A stretch of DNA of 56,934 bases from IMG/VR virus record IMGVR_UViG_3300046804_003678, positions 1 through 56,934 of that record; one strand, 5' to 3'. This document shows positions 38,594-47,509 of the stretch, piece after piece. Positions within the stretch are counted from its first letter, which is position 1, and every line of letters begins with the position of its first letter. The stretch is from a virus. Lineage: Duplodnaviria; Caudoviricetes. The position numbers and the translations under genes were made by a program. The notes beneath the pieces were generated by a model, which saw only the letters and a program-made list of their open reading frames with translations, searched no databases and was not told where the DNA came from.

Positions 38594-39274
38594 CTATAAT
38601 GTACTATCTACATCTAAAGATACATTTCCTGAAACGGATATTCTGTAATCATCAGATGTGTAAAATGGATTCACACTGTGTGTTAATTTAGATGGAAAAA
38701 AACATATGATACCTTCGTATTCCTTATCTATAGGAATAGAGATATCTGATAAACTACCTAGAATATTATTATAAATTAGATTAAATTTGGATGTTTGTTT
38801 ATTTTTAGATTTAAATATTTTTGTTTCTTGGTTTAAATCGTATGGTATTTTCATCCAAATGACAAAAGATATAACACCTCCATGATAGTGAGGAGGATTA
38901 AATTCGTACTTTTTTTGAAAGTTGACCCATAGATCGTTTAGTTTAAATTTAACACTTCTAGTTAAAATATCAGGGCAGACTTTGTTACCATATTTATTAA
39001 TGTATATATGAGTAGCATTTAAAATGTAATCTTCTAGAACAGGTATACAATTATCTAGATTATATTCATGTTGTAAGTGTCCTGCTAGATATTCATGATA
39101 GCCATCTGCTAAGTTAAAATTAGATTGAATGCTTTTTATTTCATTCAATATATTTTTGTTTATATGTTCAGGAATTCTACCAAAGAATAAATTAATATTG
39201 GGTAGGGTAAATTCAAAAAGTTTGTCAGAAGTAACACTAGTCAAACCATCAAATAAATGATCATCGCTGCTCAC
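38594..39274 (-). CDS. Putative 2OG-Fe(II) oxygenase
   Basis: WVNFQKKYEFNPPHYH, FFPSKLTHSV.P, RISVSGN; start uncertain (GTG 39274 or ATG 39295). Confidence 0.75.
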   Translation of the reverse strand: MSSDDHLFDGLTSVTSDKLFEFTLPNINLFFGRIPEHINKNILNEIKSIQSNFNLADGYHEYLAGHLQHEYNLDNCIPVLEDYILNATHIYINKYGNKVCPDILTRSVKFKLNDLWVNFQKKYEFNPPHYHGGVISFVIWMKIPYDLNQETKIFKSKNKQTSKFNLIYNNILGSLSDISIPIDKEYEGIICFFPSKLTHSVNPFYTSDDYRISVSGNVSLDVDSTL

Positions 39275-39573
39275 TCTGTTACTACCTTTTTCCATTCACC
39301 TTTAGCAGTCTTTAACCAAAGATTACCATCATTACCTACAGCCATTGATACCTGTCTAGATGGATCTGTTTGAGGAAATGAACTTAATATCATACTAGTG
39401 TTATTTCCTATGTTTACTTTAACATCTTTACTCTTCTTAGAAGCACTAAGAACAAGTCTTGTACCAAAATGGCTATCATCTGGCCGATCCTCTTTGGTAT
39501 CTTCTTTTGCAAATGCAGTAACTGCCATTAACGGTGATAGTGCAATTGCACCAAATAAACTACGACGATTCAT
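39271..39573 (-). CDS. Hypothetical protein with twin-arginine-like signal peptide
   Basis: MNRRSLFGAIALSPLMAVTAFA. Confidence 0.65.
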   Translation of the reverse strand: MNRRSLFGAIALSPLMAVTAFAKEDTKEDRPDDSHFGTRLVLSASKKSKDVKVNIGNNTSMILSSFPQTDPSRQVSMAVGNDGNLWLKTAKGEWKKVVTE

Positions 39574-39576
39574 ATA

Positions 39577-39987
39577 TTAACTCCATCCTACTGAATCTAA
39601 AAGACTCTCAATAGATCTTTGTAAATGATCTTTCTCATCTTCAAAGTTTCTTTGAGCGTTACGTTTTGCTTGTAGTTCAATTTTAGCAACATCTGAAAAA
39701 GATTTCAATGCTAAAATATCCACATCTACTCTGGGATATGATTTAAGATTATTAAACTCACGTACAAATATATCATTAAGTCTGGTATCTTTGTTTTTTA
39801 TTAAATTAGAAAGATTAGTTCTATAACTATCAACCATCTGTTCTTTAGTAATAGCTTGAGGCATAGATGAATATGATACATCTGATGCTGTTTGTACACC
39901 TAATCTATTACCACTTAACTCATTGGCAACCACACCGCCAAGAGAAGGAGCTAGTCCTAAGAAACCTAGCACACTACGTCTGTTCAT
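39577..39987 (-). CDS. Hypothetical protein with twin-arginine-like N-terminus
   Basis: MNRRSVLGFLGLAPSLGGVVA. Confidence 0.65.
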   Translation of the reverse strand: MNRRSVLGFLGLAPSLGGVVANELSGNRLGVQTASDVSYSSMPQAITKEQMVDSYRTNLSNLIKNKDTRLNDIFVREFNNLKSYPRVDVDILALKSFSDVAKIELQAKRNAQRNFEDEKDHLQRSIESLLDSVGWS

Positions 39988-40376
39988 AACGCTACCATAT
40001 TCTTGAATGCAACTTTGAGCATCTCATTGGATATATCTTCTGCTACCTTATCTCTGATAGCCACTGCAATATCTGTAGGACTAGGCTTATCAAACGAATT
40101 AATACCAATCTTAACTGATCGTTTATGACCATTTAAAGAGTAAATAACGACATACACATCCTGTGCAGAAAACACATCAAGAGACCTATGAATCTTACAC
40201 TCAAAATGAGTATCAGATACAACAGTAGTTTCAATCACTTTCTTTCGTGCTTCCTCTTCCATCTCTTTAAGAAGACGAACAGATTCATCTGTAGGTGCTC
40301 GTTTTTCTGTTACTGATGCAGATATAAAACCAAAACCAGCTGTTGGTACAGAAACATTAGTAGTATTAAACATCAC
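39984..40376 (-). CDS. Hypothetical protein
   Basis: ATGA-coupled in operon. Confidence 0.65.
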   Translation of the reverse strand: MMFNTTNVSVPTAGFGFISASVTEKRAPTDESVRLLKEMEEEARKKVIETTVVSDTHFECKIHRSLDVFSAQDVYVVIYSLNGHKRSVKIGINSFDKPSPTDIAVAIRDKVAEDISNEMLKVAFKNMVAL

Positions 40377-40564
40377 TCTTTCCCCTCCAGCTTCAGCGCG
40401 GTTAGTGCAATAAGTGAACGCAACGCTTCTTTCAATTTATCGCGTTCTTCCCGCAACCGCTCAATCTCTTCTGCTGAATCTAAAATGTACAGTAAGACAT
40501 CATGAGGGAAGGCTTCTATCTCAGCAATACCATTTCGCTTTACACGCTTAACAATATCCATCAC
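40373..40564 (-). CDS. Hypothetical protein
   Basis: Coupled; AEEIERLR motif common in small phage proteins. Confidence 0.6.
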   Translation of the reverse strand: MMDIVKRVKRNGIAEIEAFPHDVLLYILDSAEEIERLREERDKLKEALRSLIALTALKLEGKE

Positions 40565-40989
40565 ACAAACTCCAAACGATCTTCTACCACTTTAAATTTA
40601 ACAACATTATAATCAGAAAAGCGATCCCCACCATACCTAAAATAATCTCGTCCGCCATCTACAAATGCTCCGTTCTTACCTTCTCTGTAGTCATGACGAT
40701 AACGAGAATATACTACTTCACCTTCTGCTTCAATACCTTTAAATTCAACATCTCTAATAGAAGGCAATGCATCAGTGATCATCAATCTATCACCATCATG
40801 ATATACTGCAAAGTAGTTTGAACCTCGTGGATGCTTTTCCTCAGTATAGAATACTGCAGCAGGGAAGTTAGCCCAACCACCATCTCTAGCCTTAAGACAG
40901 GTTTCTAATAGATACTTTGCCTTGTATTCTCTCTCAAACACCTCTATCATTTCAGGTTTGATAAAAGAACTCTTTGTATCAATCTTCAT
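40561..40989 (-). CDS. Conserved hypothetical phage protein
   Basis: YSRYRHDY...FVDGGRDY motif. Confidence 0.7.
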   Translation of the reverse strand: MKIDTKSSFIKPEMIEVFEREYKAKYLLETCLKARDGGWANFPAAVFYTEEKHPRGSNYFAVYHDGDRLMITDALPSIRDVEFKGIEAEGEVVYSRYRHDYREGKNGAFVDGGRDYFRYGGDRFSDYNVVKFKVVEDRLEFV

Positions 40990-41152
40990 CTTCAGATTCC
41001 TTCTTACGCTTCTTCTTTGGCTTTTCCTCTACAGTAAGTATAGAACCATCATCGGTTTCGATCAACACCTTATTCCACTGAAATGAAATAAGGGGATTTT
41101 CAACATGAGCAGGCTCTCTGAAGTTGATAACCTTCTTGCGTCTGAAAAACAT
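40979..41152 (-). CDS. 57-aa hypothetical protein (not in the ORF track)
   Basis: Read manually as MFFRRKKVINFREPAH...KKESEDED; fills the operon gap exactly. Confidence 0.55.
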   Translation of the reverse strand: MFFRRKKVINFREPAHVENPLISFQWNKVLIETDDGSILTVEEKPKKKRKKESEDED

Positions 41153-41154
41153 CT

Positions 41155-41493
41155 TTAGCCCTTTTTCTTCTCGTACAGCTTTTTGTAAAGAGTTGCTATC
41201 TTATCAAGCTCTGGATGTTTGTATATCCATTGCCCTGTGTCTGGTTGAAACTCTTTCTTAAAGAACTCATCCAATACTTTGTACCTTTTGATTTGTATGG
41301 GATCTGTATGATAATCTTCAATAGTAGAGATATCAGGATTTATTGTCAACGCTAATTTATCAAAGTCACCATCAGACATAATAGAATGGTTGGCATACTC
41401 ATATGCATACGCAGCAAGAGATACACGTATCCTATTGAACCTCTCCCTTTCGGGAGAGGCTTTTGGTGACGTCATAAAATCTTCTAAATTCAT
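41155..41493 (-). CDS. Stand-alone protein resembling NAD-dependent DNA ligase domain Ia
   Basis: AYAYEYANHSIMSDGDFDKL resembles the LigA YY...P.ISDAEYD.L motif. Confidence 0.5.
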   Translation of the reverse strand: MNLEDFMTSPKASPERERFNRIRVSLAAYAYEYANHSIMSDGDFDKLALTINPDISTIEDYHTDPIQIKRYKVLDEFFKKEFQPDTGQWIYKHPELDKIATLYKKLYEKKKG

Positions 41494-41864
41494 TTGATCC
41501 CAACTATATGCCTACAGTTACGTCGAAACTGGAATGCCATACACGTACAAGTCTTGTGTGAACCATCTACAGTAACAGTATAATGATCTCCTTTAGATCC
41601 GACAACAGAAAACTCTCGTTTGGCAGGATTGATCTTCTCTGCCACGAACGATTCGTTGTTAATTGAGATGATATCTTCCTGTGGTATGATACGAACAGGA
41701 AACTTACGTTCGTGTGTAGAAAGAGCAATAGCAGGATAGTCGACCCACTTTGGAGTTGCTACAATCTCACCTTCGAACGTATAGGTCTTTGGCATAAACG
41801 TGTATGCTGGATTTCTGGCAAGACAATTTCTAACAACTACTTGCACATTATACTCCTTTGTCAT
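41490..41864 (-). CDS. SWIM zinc-finger protein
   Basis: GSKGDHYTV...CTCMAFQFRRNCRH. Confidence 0.75.
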   Translation of the reverse strand: MTKEYNVQVVVRNCLARNPAYTFMPKTYTFEGEIVATPKWVDYPAIALSTHERKFPVRIIPQEDIISINNESFVAEKINPAKREFSVVGSKGDHYTVTVDGSHKTCTCMAFQFRRNCRHIVGIK

Positions 41865-42211
41865 ACTTTAATTTTAAAATAGTAATCAAATTCTTCTTCT
41901 GTAAATCCAAATTCAATACGATCTTTTTCTACAGAAATAAAATAAAATTCTTCAATTACTTCTTCTGCTAATTGAATCTCTTCCTCATCTGCACCTTCAA
42001 ATAAAATTCTTTCCATACATTGTTCTTTTGAAGGAAGCTTGAGTTTAGTAGCCTCTAAAGAATCAATATATTCTATTTCTTCTAGATAGCCTCTTGAACC
42101 AGACATAATACGATACAAACCAGATTTAGTAATATCTAGTTCATAATAAGTAATTTCTTGAACTTGTTTAAGTGTAAGTGTAGGAATATTAGTAATGTCT
42201 AAAGTTGTCAT
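41861..42211 (-). CDS. Acidic hypothetical early protein
   Basis: SD GGAG and promoter upstream. Confidence 0.65.
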   Translation of the reverse strand: MTTLDITNIPTLTLKQVQEITYYELDITKSGLYRIMSGSRGYLEEIEYIDSLEATKLKLPSKEQCMERILFEGADEEEIQLAEEVIEEFYFISVEKDRIEFGFTEEEFDYYFKIKV

Positions 42212-42266
42212 TTGATATCTCCATTTCTATATTAACAATATACGATTTTTTGAAAAAAATGTCAAC
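42212..42266 (-). promoter_or_regulatory. Sigma70-like early promoter + RBS
   Basis: Minus strand TTGACA-N17-TATATT...GGAGATATCAAATG. Confidence 0.8.
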
Positions 42267-42456
42267 CAAAAAACATTTCTTTCATTCCATCCATAACAAT
42301 ATGAAAAGCCTGTCGTTGCTCTAATGTAAATTTAGCTTTCCAATCATTATTACTTTCTTCATATATTTCATTCATATATTGGAGAGTTTCTAAAATTCCT
42401 GTATCATGATCGATAGCAATAATACTAATAATAGATGTAGCTTCTGCTTTTGTCAT
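42262..42456 (-). CDS. Hypothetical early protein (64 aa)
   Basis: ATG at 42456 after GAGGA; the longer ORF-track start runs through the promoter. Confidence 0.6.
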   Translation of the reverse strand: MTKAEATSIISIIAIDHDTGILETLQYMNEIYEESNNDWKAKFTLEQRQAFHIVMDGMKEMFFG

Positions 42457-42514
42457 TTGTATATCCTCACAACTCATATTATTAATATCTGATATTTTCA
42501 TAAAAAAAGCAACA
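42457..42514 (-). promoter_or_regulatory. Sigma70-like early promoter + RBS
   Basis: Minus strand TGTTGCTTTTTTT...GATATTAATAATATGAG...GAGGATATAC. Confidence 0.65.
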
Positions 42515-42520
42515 AATAAA

Positions 42521-42620
42521 TTTCCCTGTAATTTCAATATGTTAGCTAACCCTTTGAAATTACACGGTTTTTAGCTAAAACTTCATAAAAATACTAACCT
42601 TTTGAAATTACACGGTTTTT
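42521..42620. repeat. Three copies of CTAAC-N3-TTGAAATTACA(C/G)GG (two direct, one inverted)
   Basis: 42546..42572 and 42594..42620 (27 bp, 1 mismatch); inverted copy 42521..42546; palindrome GTTAGCTAAC at 42541..42550. Confidence 0.85.
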
Positions 42621-42624
42621 TTTC

Positions 42625-42682
42625 TGTTGTCTTTTTTTTCATAAAATCGTATATTAATAATATGAGCAATGGAGATATACTA
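42625..42682 (+). promoter_or_regulatory. Sigma70-like early promoter + RBS
   Basis: TTGTCT-N17-TATATT AATAATATGAG...GGAGATATAC. Confidence 0.75.
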
Positions 42683-42964
42683 ATGACTAAACGTCCTAAA
42701 AACTACATTCGTGATATCGTTGTAAATATGATCCGTAACGGTGATGATAACAATGTGATCATGTGTGAGCTTTGTCACAAATATGGTCTTAAGATTGACA
42801 ACGCAAAGCGTAATTTTCGTAATGCTCAAGCTCTTGTTAAAAAGCAAGATTTTGAAAATGAAAAAGTAGAAGTTACGACTATCTTTGGTACACCTGCCAA
42901 GGTCCAACGTAAGTATGTTGGCACTATGCACGATCCTTCACAAGAACGCTACTGGAGCTTCTAA
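42683..42964 (+). CDS. Hypothetical early protein
   Basis: ATG at 42683 after GGAG. Confidence 0.65.
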   Translation: MTKRPKNYIRDIVVNMIRNGDDNNVIMCELCHKYGLKIDNAKRNFRNAQALVKKQDFENEKVEVTTIFGTPAKVQRKYVGTMHDPSQERYWSF

Positions 42965-42970
42965 TATAAC

Positions 42971-43001
42971 TGTTGTCTTTTTTACTAAACTCTGTATAAT
43001 C
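42971..43001 (+). promoter_or_regulatory. Sigma70-like early promoter
   Basis: TGTTGTCTTTTTT...TGTATAAT (extended -10-like). Confidence 0.7.
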
Positions 43002-43034
43002 TTATTGTGGCCTTTCAAATATAGGATATAGATT

Positions 43035-43262
43035 ATGAATGTAAATGAATCAATCGCAATTGCATGTCAGGTAGAAGATATCGCAGCTAAGCTAATGTAC
43101 CGTAAGATTCCTGTTGATGATATCTATGAGCTTTTGATGGATATGGGTGCTCGCTTTCGTCAACATGCAGATCGTCTTGATAAGATAATGTATGATCAAT
43201 ATCTAATGGATAAGGCAGAAGCATATGAGCGTTATGATGATGCAATGGTAGTTGGAGGCTAA
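43035..43262 (+). CDS. Hypothetical protein
   Basis: SD AGGA. Confidence 0.65.
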   Translation: MNVNESIAIACQVEDIAAKLMYRKIPVDDIYELLMDMGARFRQHADRLDKIMYDQYLMDKAEAYERYDDAMVVGG

Positions 43263-43263
43263 T

Positions 43264-43587
43264 ATGGTTTGGTCAATCTATAAGGATACCTCATCTAGTC
43301 ATGTTGAAGACTGGCAAGAGAACTATGCTGCCTGGTATTATGATTATGATATGGAAACTGACTTCCCACCCAACCGTGTTAAGTTCTTGCATGATGGTAC
43401 TCATCTTATATTCTTTAAGCATGATAAGGGTGAGTTCTCTACTGCTGTTGATGTTATCGATGGTAAGTTTACTGAAAGCACTTATGATAGTATTATGCAG
43501 ATGGTCGAGGAGTCTGGGTATTGGGGTGATTTCGTTGAAGGCTTTGTGAAACGTGATCATAAGATTAGAGTGATTATGGGGAGTTAA
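43264..43587 (+). CDS. Hypothetical protein
   Basis: SD GGAGG; ATG at 43264. Confidence 0.65.
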   Translation: MVWSIYKDTSSSHVEDWQENYAAWYYDYDMETDFPPNRVKFLHDGTHLIFFKHDKGEFSTAVDVIDGKFTESTYDSIMQMVEESGYWGDFVEGFVKRDHKIRVIMGS

Positions 43588-43593
43588 AATAAA

Positions 43594-44124
43594 ATGCCTA
43601 ACTGGTGCGGTAATGCTTTTACAGTCTCTCATCCTGACAAAGCTATGATTGATAAATTTGTTGCTGGTGTAGAACAATTTAACCTCCTGCAGACATTTGT
43701 TCCTATGCCTGATGAGCTAAAAGAAGGTGATGGCTGGTATGGGTGGTGTGTCAATAACTGGGGAACCAAATGGGACATCAATGGTGGAGCTAGTATAATT
43801 AACCGAACAGATAATACTGTAGAAGGACATTTTTTGACTGCTTGGAGTCCTCCACTTCCTGTATATGAAAAACTTACAGAACTAGGGTTTGATGTTCATG
43901 TACTTTATGATGATGAGGGTGGTGGTTTTGTAGGAACATATAACTCGGAATCAGGAGATGACTGCTATGAGTTTCCCGACTATGAAGATCCAGACTGGCG
44001 AGATCAATATCTTGAAAATGGTGACGTGTTGGAGTTCTTAGAAGAACAAGAACAGATTTATATTGATAATAAAGAGGATGGCGATTTATGGGTAGAGGTA
44101 AATGAAAATACTGACTCCGATTAA
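43594..44124 (+). CDS. DUF1281/Api92-like (YubB ferredoxin-like) protein
   Basis: MPNWC.N, WY.W...NWGTKWD, TAWSPP. Confidence 0.75.
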   Translation: MPNWCGNAFTVSHPDKAMIDKFVAGVEQFNLLQTFVPMPDELKEGDGWYGWCVNNWGTKWDINGGASIINRTDNTVEGHFLTAWSPPLPVYEKLTELGFDVHVLYDDEGGGFVGTYNSESGDDCYEFPDYEDPDWRDQYLENGDVLEFLEEQEQIYIDNKEDGDLWVEVNENTDSD

Positions 44125-44314
44125 TGCAAACAACTATACAGACTTTAAACTAGAAGGCAAGACTCTAGTATGTAAGCGTGGAATGTTTGTTGTAGAGAGT
44201 ATCGAGACAGACATGGGTATGGGTGTTAAGCAACAAGTACAAAAAGTGGACAATCAGGTTGTTGGAGTGTTCTTACACAACAACCAAGAAACGTATATCA
44301 TAACAGAGGTATAA
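44102..44314 (+). CDS. Hypothetical protein
   Basis: SD GAGG. Confidence 0.55.
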   Translation: MKILTPINANNYTDFKLEGKTLVCKRGMFVVESIETDMGMGVKQQVQKVDNQVVGVFLHNNQETYIITEV

Positions 44315-44319
44315 AAAAC

Positions 44320-44520
44320 ATGAGTGATTTTATTGGTACAGTTGGTGTGATCGTATTGATTATTTTGTTGATTATATTTGCAGGATTTGTTAATATATGG
44401 GCACTGAATACTTTGTTTCCTGTTCTTGATATCCCGTACACTTTCTGGACATGGCTTGCATCTTCTATTTTGTTTGCAAATATTACCAGAATTAAATATC
44501 GTTCCAAAAAGGATGACTGA
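44320..44520 (+). CDS. Small two-TM membrane protein
   Basis: Two hydrophobic stretches and a basic tail. Confidence 0.65.
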   Translation: MSDFIGTVGVIVLIILLIIFAGFVNIWALNTLFPVLDIPYTFWTWLASSILFANITRIKYRSKKDD

Positions 44521-44521
44521 T

Positions 44522-44689
44522 ATGTTTCTCGATCTTAAGGCTTGCTACTCTCCGTCCGACCTTGTGTTTATTGTTTCTTTGTTTGCATTATCACTGATTA
44601 CTGTTGGGTCATTTATTGTTTTGATGACACATTTTCTTAAAGGTGTTTTGCTTACGGTTCATGATATCAGGAACAAAAAACATGAGTGA
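44522..44689 (+). CDS. Small single-TM membrane protein
   Basis: Hydrophobic stretch LVFIVSLFALSLITVGSFIVLM. Confidence 0.5.
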   Translation: MFLDLKACYSPSDLVFIVSLFALSLITVGSFIVLMTHFLKGVLLTVHDIRNKKHE

Positions 44690-44695
44690 TAAATA
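44688..44695 (+). promoter_or_regulatory. Late promoter variant GATAAATA
   Basis: Upstream of gp3. Confidence 0.6.
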
Positions 44696-44714
44696 CTCTA
44701 TAAAGGAGTAATTA

Positions 44715-45236
44715 ATGGCTCAGATAAACGAACAACCAGCAAATATTAATTTCTTATCTCCGTTAGGGTTTAGGTTCAAGCTAAAGCGCGCACCTAACCT
44801 TAACTTTTTTGTTACTGATGTAAATCTACCTCAGATTTCTTTAGGAAACATAGAACTTCCAACACCGTTTAAAATAATTAATATTGCTGGTAGCAAGCTA
44901 GAATATGGTGACTTTAATCTTACGTTCAAGATGGACGAAGATATGTCGACTTATTTTGAGATATACAATTGGTTGATTGCAATTGGTTTTCCAGAAAGCT
45001 TCACACAATATAAGGGTTTGAAAGAAGCTCAGAAGGGAACACCTAGCCAGTTGTTTTCTGATGCAACATTGACTATAATGACTAGTGATATGGTTCCAAA
45101 TATAGAGGTAACATTTGAAGATTTGTTTCCTACTGGTATCAATGACATCAATTTTACCACAACTGATAATAGTGTCAATTACATTTCTGCATCCGTATCA
45201 TTTAAGTACAAAATCTTTCATGTGAAGAAAGTATAA
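44715..45236 (+). CDS. gp3: Tail completion/tube terminator protein gp3
   Basis: NFLSPLGFRF, IYNWL..IGFP, FSDATL; upstream of uvsY. Confidence 0.85.
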   Translation: MAQINEQPANINFLSPLGFRFKLKRAPNLNFFVTDVNLPQISLGNIELPTPFKIINIAGSKLEYGDFNLTFKMDEDMSTYFEIYNWLIAIGFPESFTQYKGLKEAQKGTPSQLFSDATLTIMTSDMVPNIEVTFEDLFPTGINDINFTTTDNSVNYISASVSFKYKIFHVKKV

Positions 45237-45245
45237 ATTTTTATT

Positions 45246-45680
45246 ATGAAACTTGATGAAATATTGGATATGTGGTCGACAGACTGTAACGTCGACCGTA
45301 CTGAGTTGGGTGATGAAGCTCTTAAGATACCTAAACTACATAGTAAGTATCTCAGACATTATTCAGAAGAAAGATTGACTCTTCGTAAGTTGGAAGAAGA
45401 TAAGCGTGAGCTTCTAAAACTTAAGCACGATTACTATCGTGGCATTTTACCTGAAGAAGATCTAAAATCAAATGGATGGGAACCATTCAGACTCAGTGTA
45501 CTCAAGTCTGATATTCCTATGCATATTGATGCTGATTATGATATTGTTAAAATGAATCTTAAGATTGCAATGCAGCAAGAAAAAGTTGATACGCTCGAGT
45601 CGATTATCAAATCGATAAGTAATAGAGGTTACTTAATTAAGAGCGCAATTGATTTTGAAAAATTCAAGGTGGGCGCGTGA
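45246..45680 (+). CDS. uvsY: Recombination mediator UvsY
   Basis: KIPKLHSKYL, I.NRGY.IKSAIDF.KF..G. Confidence 0.85.
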   Translation: MKLDEILDMWSTDCNVDRTELGDEALKIPKLHSKYLRHYSEERLTLRKLEEDKRELLKLKHDYYRGILPEEDLKSNGWEPFRLSVLKSDIPMHIDADYDIVKMNLKIAMQQEKVDTLESIIKSISNRGYLIKSAIDFEKFKVGA

Positions 45681-45684
45681 TAGG

Positions 45685-47130
45685 TTGTTATTACAAAAGG
45701 TAAACGAAGTTTATCTGAGAGTGGTAAGTGAGCCATCCGTCGTTCAGGAACTCTCAGATCATCTCACGTTTATGGTACCTGGTGCAAAGTTTTCACCAGC
45801 ATACAAAAATAAATTCTGGGATGGAAAAATTAGACTGCTTAACTCCTTAACTGGCCTGACTTATACAGGTCTAGTCAAGGAGATTTCTGAGTTTGCAGCA
45901 TCACGTAATTATGATATAGAGATCGACCCTGAATTAAAATCAGGTGAGCTACTTTCAGATGATGAAGTAGATAATTACATATCACATCTCAGCAAAAAAG
46001 ATCCACGTGATTACCAAAAGTATGCATTTAATGTTGCTATAACAAGTGATAGAGCAATATTTCTTTCTCCTACTGCATCTGGTAAGTCATTAATCATATA
46101 TCTGATTGCATGTTATTATCTTTCTATCCTTACCAAACAAAGAGTACTAGTTATTGTTCCTACTGTATCTCTTGTTCTTCAGATGAAGAAAGATTTTGAA
46201 GAGTATGCTGGTCATAGTTTGGATATACATTGTATTACAGCAGGAGTAGATAAAGTAACTACCTCTCCTATTGTTATATCAACATGGCAATCAATCTACA
46301 AGATGCCTAAGGATTGGTTTAACCAATTTGGATGTGTGATAGGGGATGAGGTTCATCAATTCAAGGCTACTTCTCTCAAGTCTATTATGGAAAAGATGAT
46401 CAACTGTAAATATCGTTTTGGTTTTACAGGAACGCTTGATGGATCTTTAACAAACAAGATTACACTGGAAGGTTTGTTTGGTCCAGTGAAGCAAGTGACG
46501 ACTTCTTCAGAGTTAATGGATAAAGGTCACATTGCAGATCTAAAAATCAAAGCATTAGTTTTACAACATGATCAAGATACCAAGAAACTATCAAGAAAGT
46601 TTTTATATCACGATGAAATAGATTTTATCGTAAGACATGAAAAGAGAAATAAGTTCATACGCAACTTATCATTATCACTAGAAGGCAACACTCTTGTGCT
46701 TTTTCAGTTTGTTGACAAGCACGGTAAAATATTGTATGATATGATGAGTACAAAGGCACCCGATCGTAAAATATTTTTTGTCCACGGAGGAGTGGAAGGT
46801 GATGACAGAGAAAGAATTAGAGGAATTGTCGAGAAAGAATCCAATGCTATTATTGTGGCAAGCTATGGAACTTTCTCTACCGGTATCAACATACGTAACT
46901 TACATAGTGTTATTCTTGCTAGTCCTTCTAAGTCTCGTGTTAGAATTCTTCAGTCCATTGGTCGTGGATTGAGAATAGGTGACAATAAGGATAGTATGAC
47001 TCTCTATGATATTGCTGACGATATGAGAGTTGGCACACATACTAATTTTACTCTTCAGCATTTTATGGAGAGAATAAATATCTATAGCAGTGAAGGTTTT
47101 GATTTTAAAATCTTCAACACGGAGATCTAA
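45685..47130 (+). CDS. uvsW: DNA helicase UvsW
   Basis: WDGKIRL, SPTASGKS, DEVH, QSIGRGLR; start uncertain (TTG 45685). Confidence 0.9.
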   Translation: MLLQKVNEVYLRVVSEPSVVQELSDHLTFMVPGAKFSPAYKNKFWDGKIRLLNSLTGLTYTGLVKEISEFAASRNYDIEIDPELKSGELLSDDEVDNYISHLSKKDPRDYQKYAFNVAITSDRAIFLSPTASGKSLIIYLIACYYLSILTKQRVLVIVPTVSLVLQMKKDFEEYAGHSLDIHCITAGVDKVTTSPIVISTWQSIYKMPKDWFNQFGCVIGDEVHQFKATSLKSIMEKMINCKYRFGFTGTLDGSLTNKITLEGLFGPVKQVTTSSELMDKGHIADLKIKALVLQHDQDTKKLSRKFLYHDEIDFIVRHEKRNKFIRNLSLSLEGNTLVLFQFVDKHGKILYDMMSTKAPDRKIFFVHGGVEGDDRERIRGIVEKESNAIIVASYGTFSTGINIRNLHSVILASPSKSRVRILQSIGRGLRIGDNKDSMTLYDIADDMRVGTHTNFTLQHFMERINIYSSEGFDFKIFNTEI

Positions 47131-47463
47131 ATGAAAAAGATTATTCTCCTTACAGTGCCAGGTTGTCAACCAATTATTGGTATGGTTACAAATGACAACG
47201 ATCACTCAATAAACATCCAACATCCTGTAATGCTTTATAACGAAGATTCTTATTTGGTTACTATACCTTTTGCACCGTTTGCAAAGGATGGTATGGTATC
47301 ATTTAATAAAGACAACATTATAAGTATTTCCGATGTCGAGGACGAAGTCAGAGATTTTTATATTAACATACTCTCTGAATTGAAAGACAATAAGGTTACT
47401 TTTAAAAAACCTTCTGATTCCAAAAAGCAAGAGAATATAATTAAAGCAAAAAACTTGCATTAA
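47131..47463 (+). CDS. Conserved hypothetical (Sm-like) protein between uvsW and gp55
   Basis: Synteny; SD GGAG. Confidence 0.6.
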   Translation: MKKIILLTVPGCQPIIGMVTNDNDHSINIQHPVMLYNEDSYLVTIPFAPFAKDGMVSFNKDNIISISDVEDEVRDFYINILSELKDNKVTFKKPSDSKKQENIIKAKNLH

Positions 47464-47509
47464 TTTTTTATTCATTATATAATAATTCAAATTACAATAT
47501 AGGTATATC

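Noticed and set aside
42457-42682. Similar N-termini of ORF-track entries 42262..42537 and 42602..42964
   Set aside because: An artefact of translating inverted promoter repeats; real starts with SD are at 42456 and 42683
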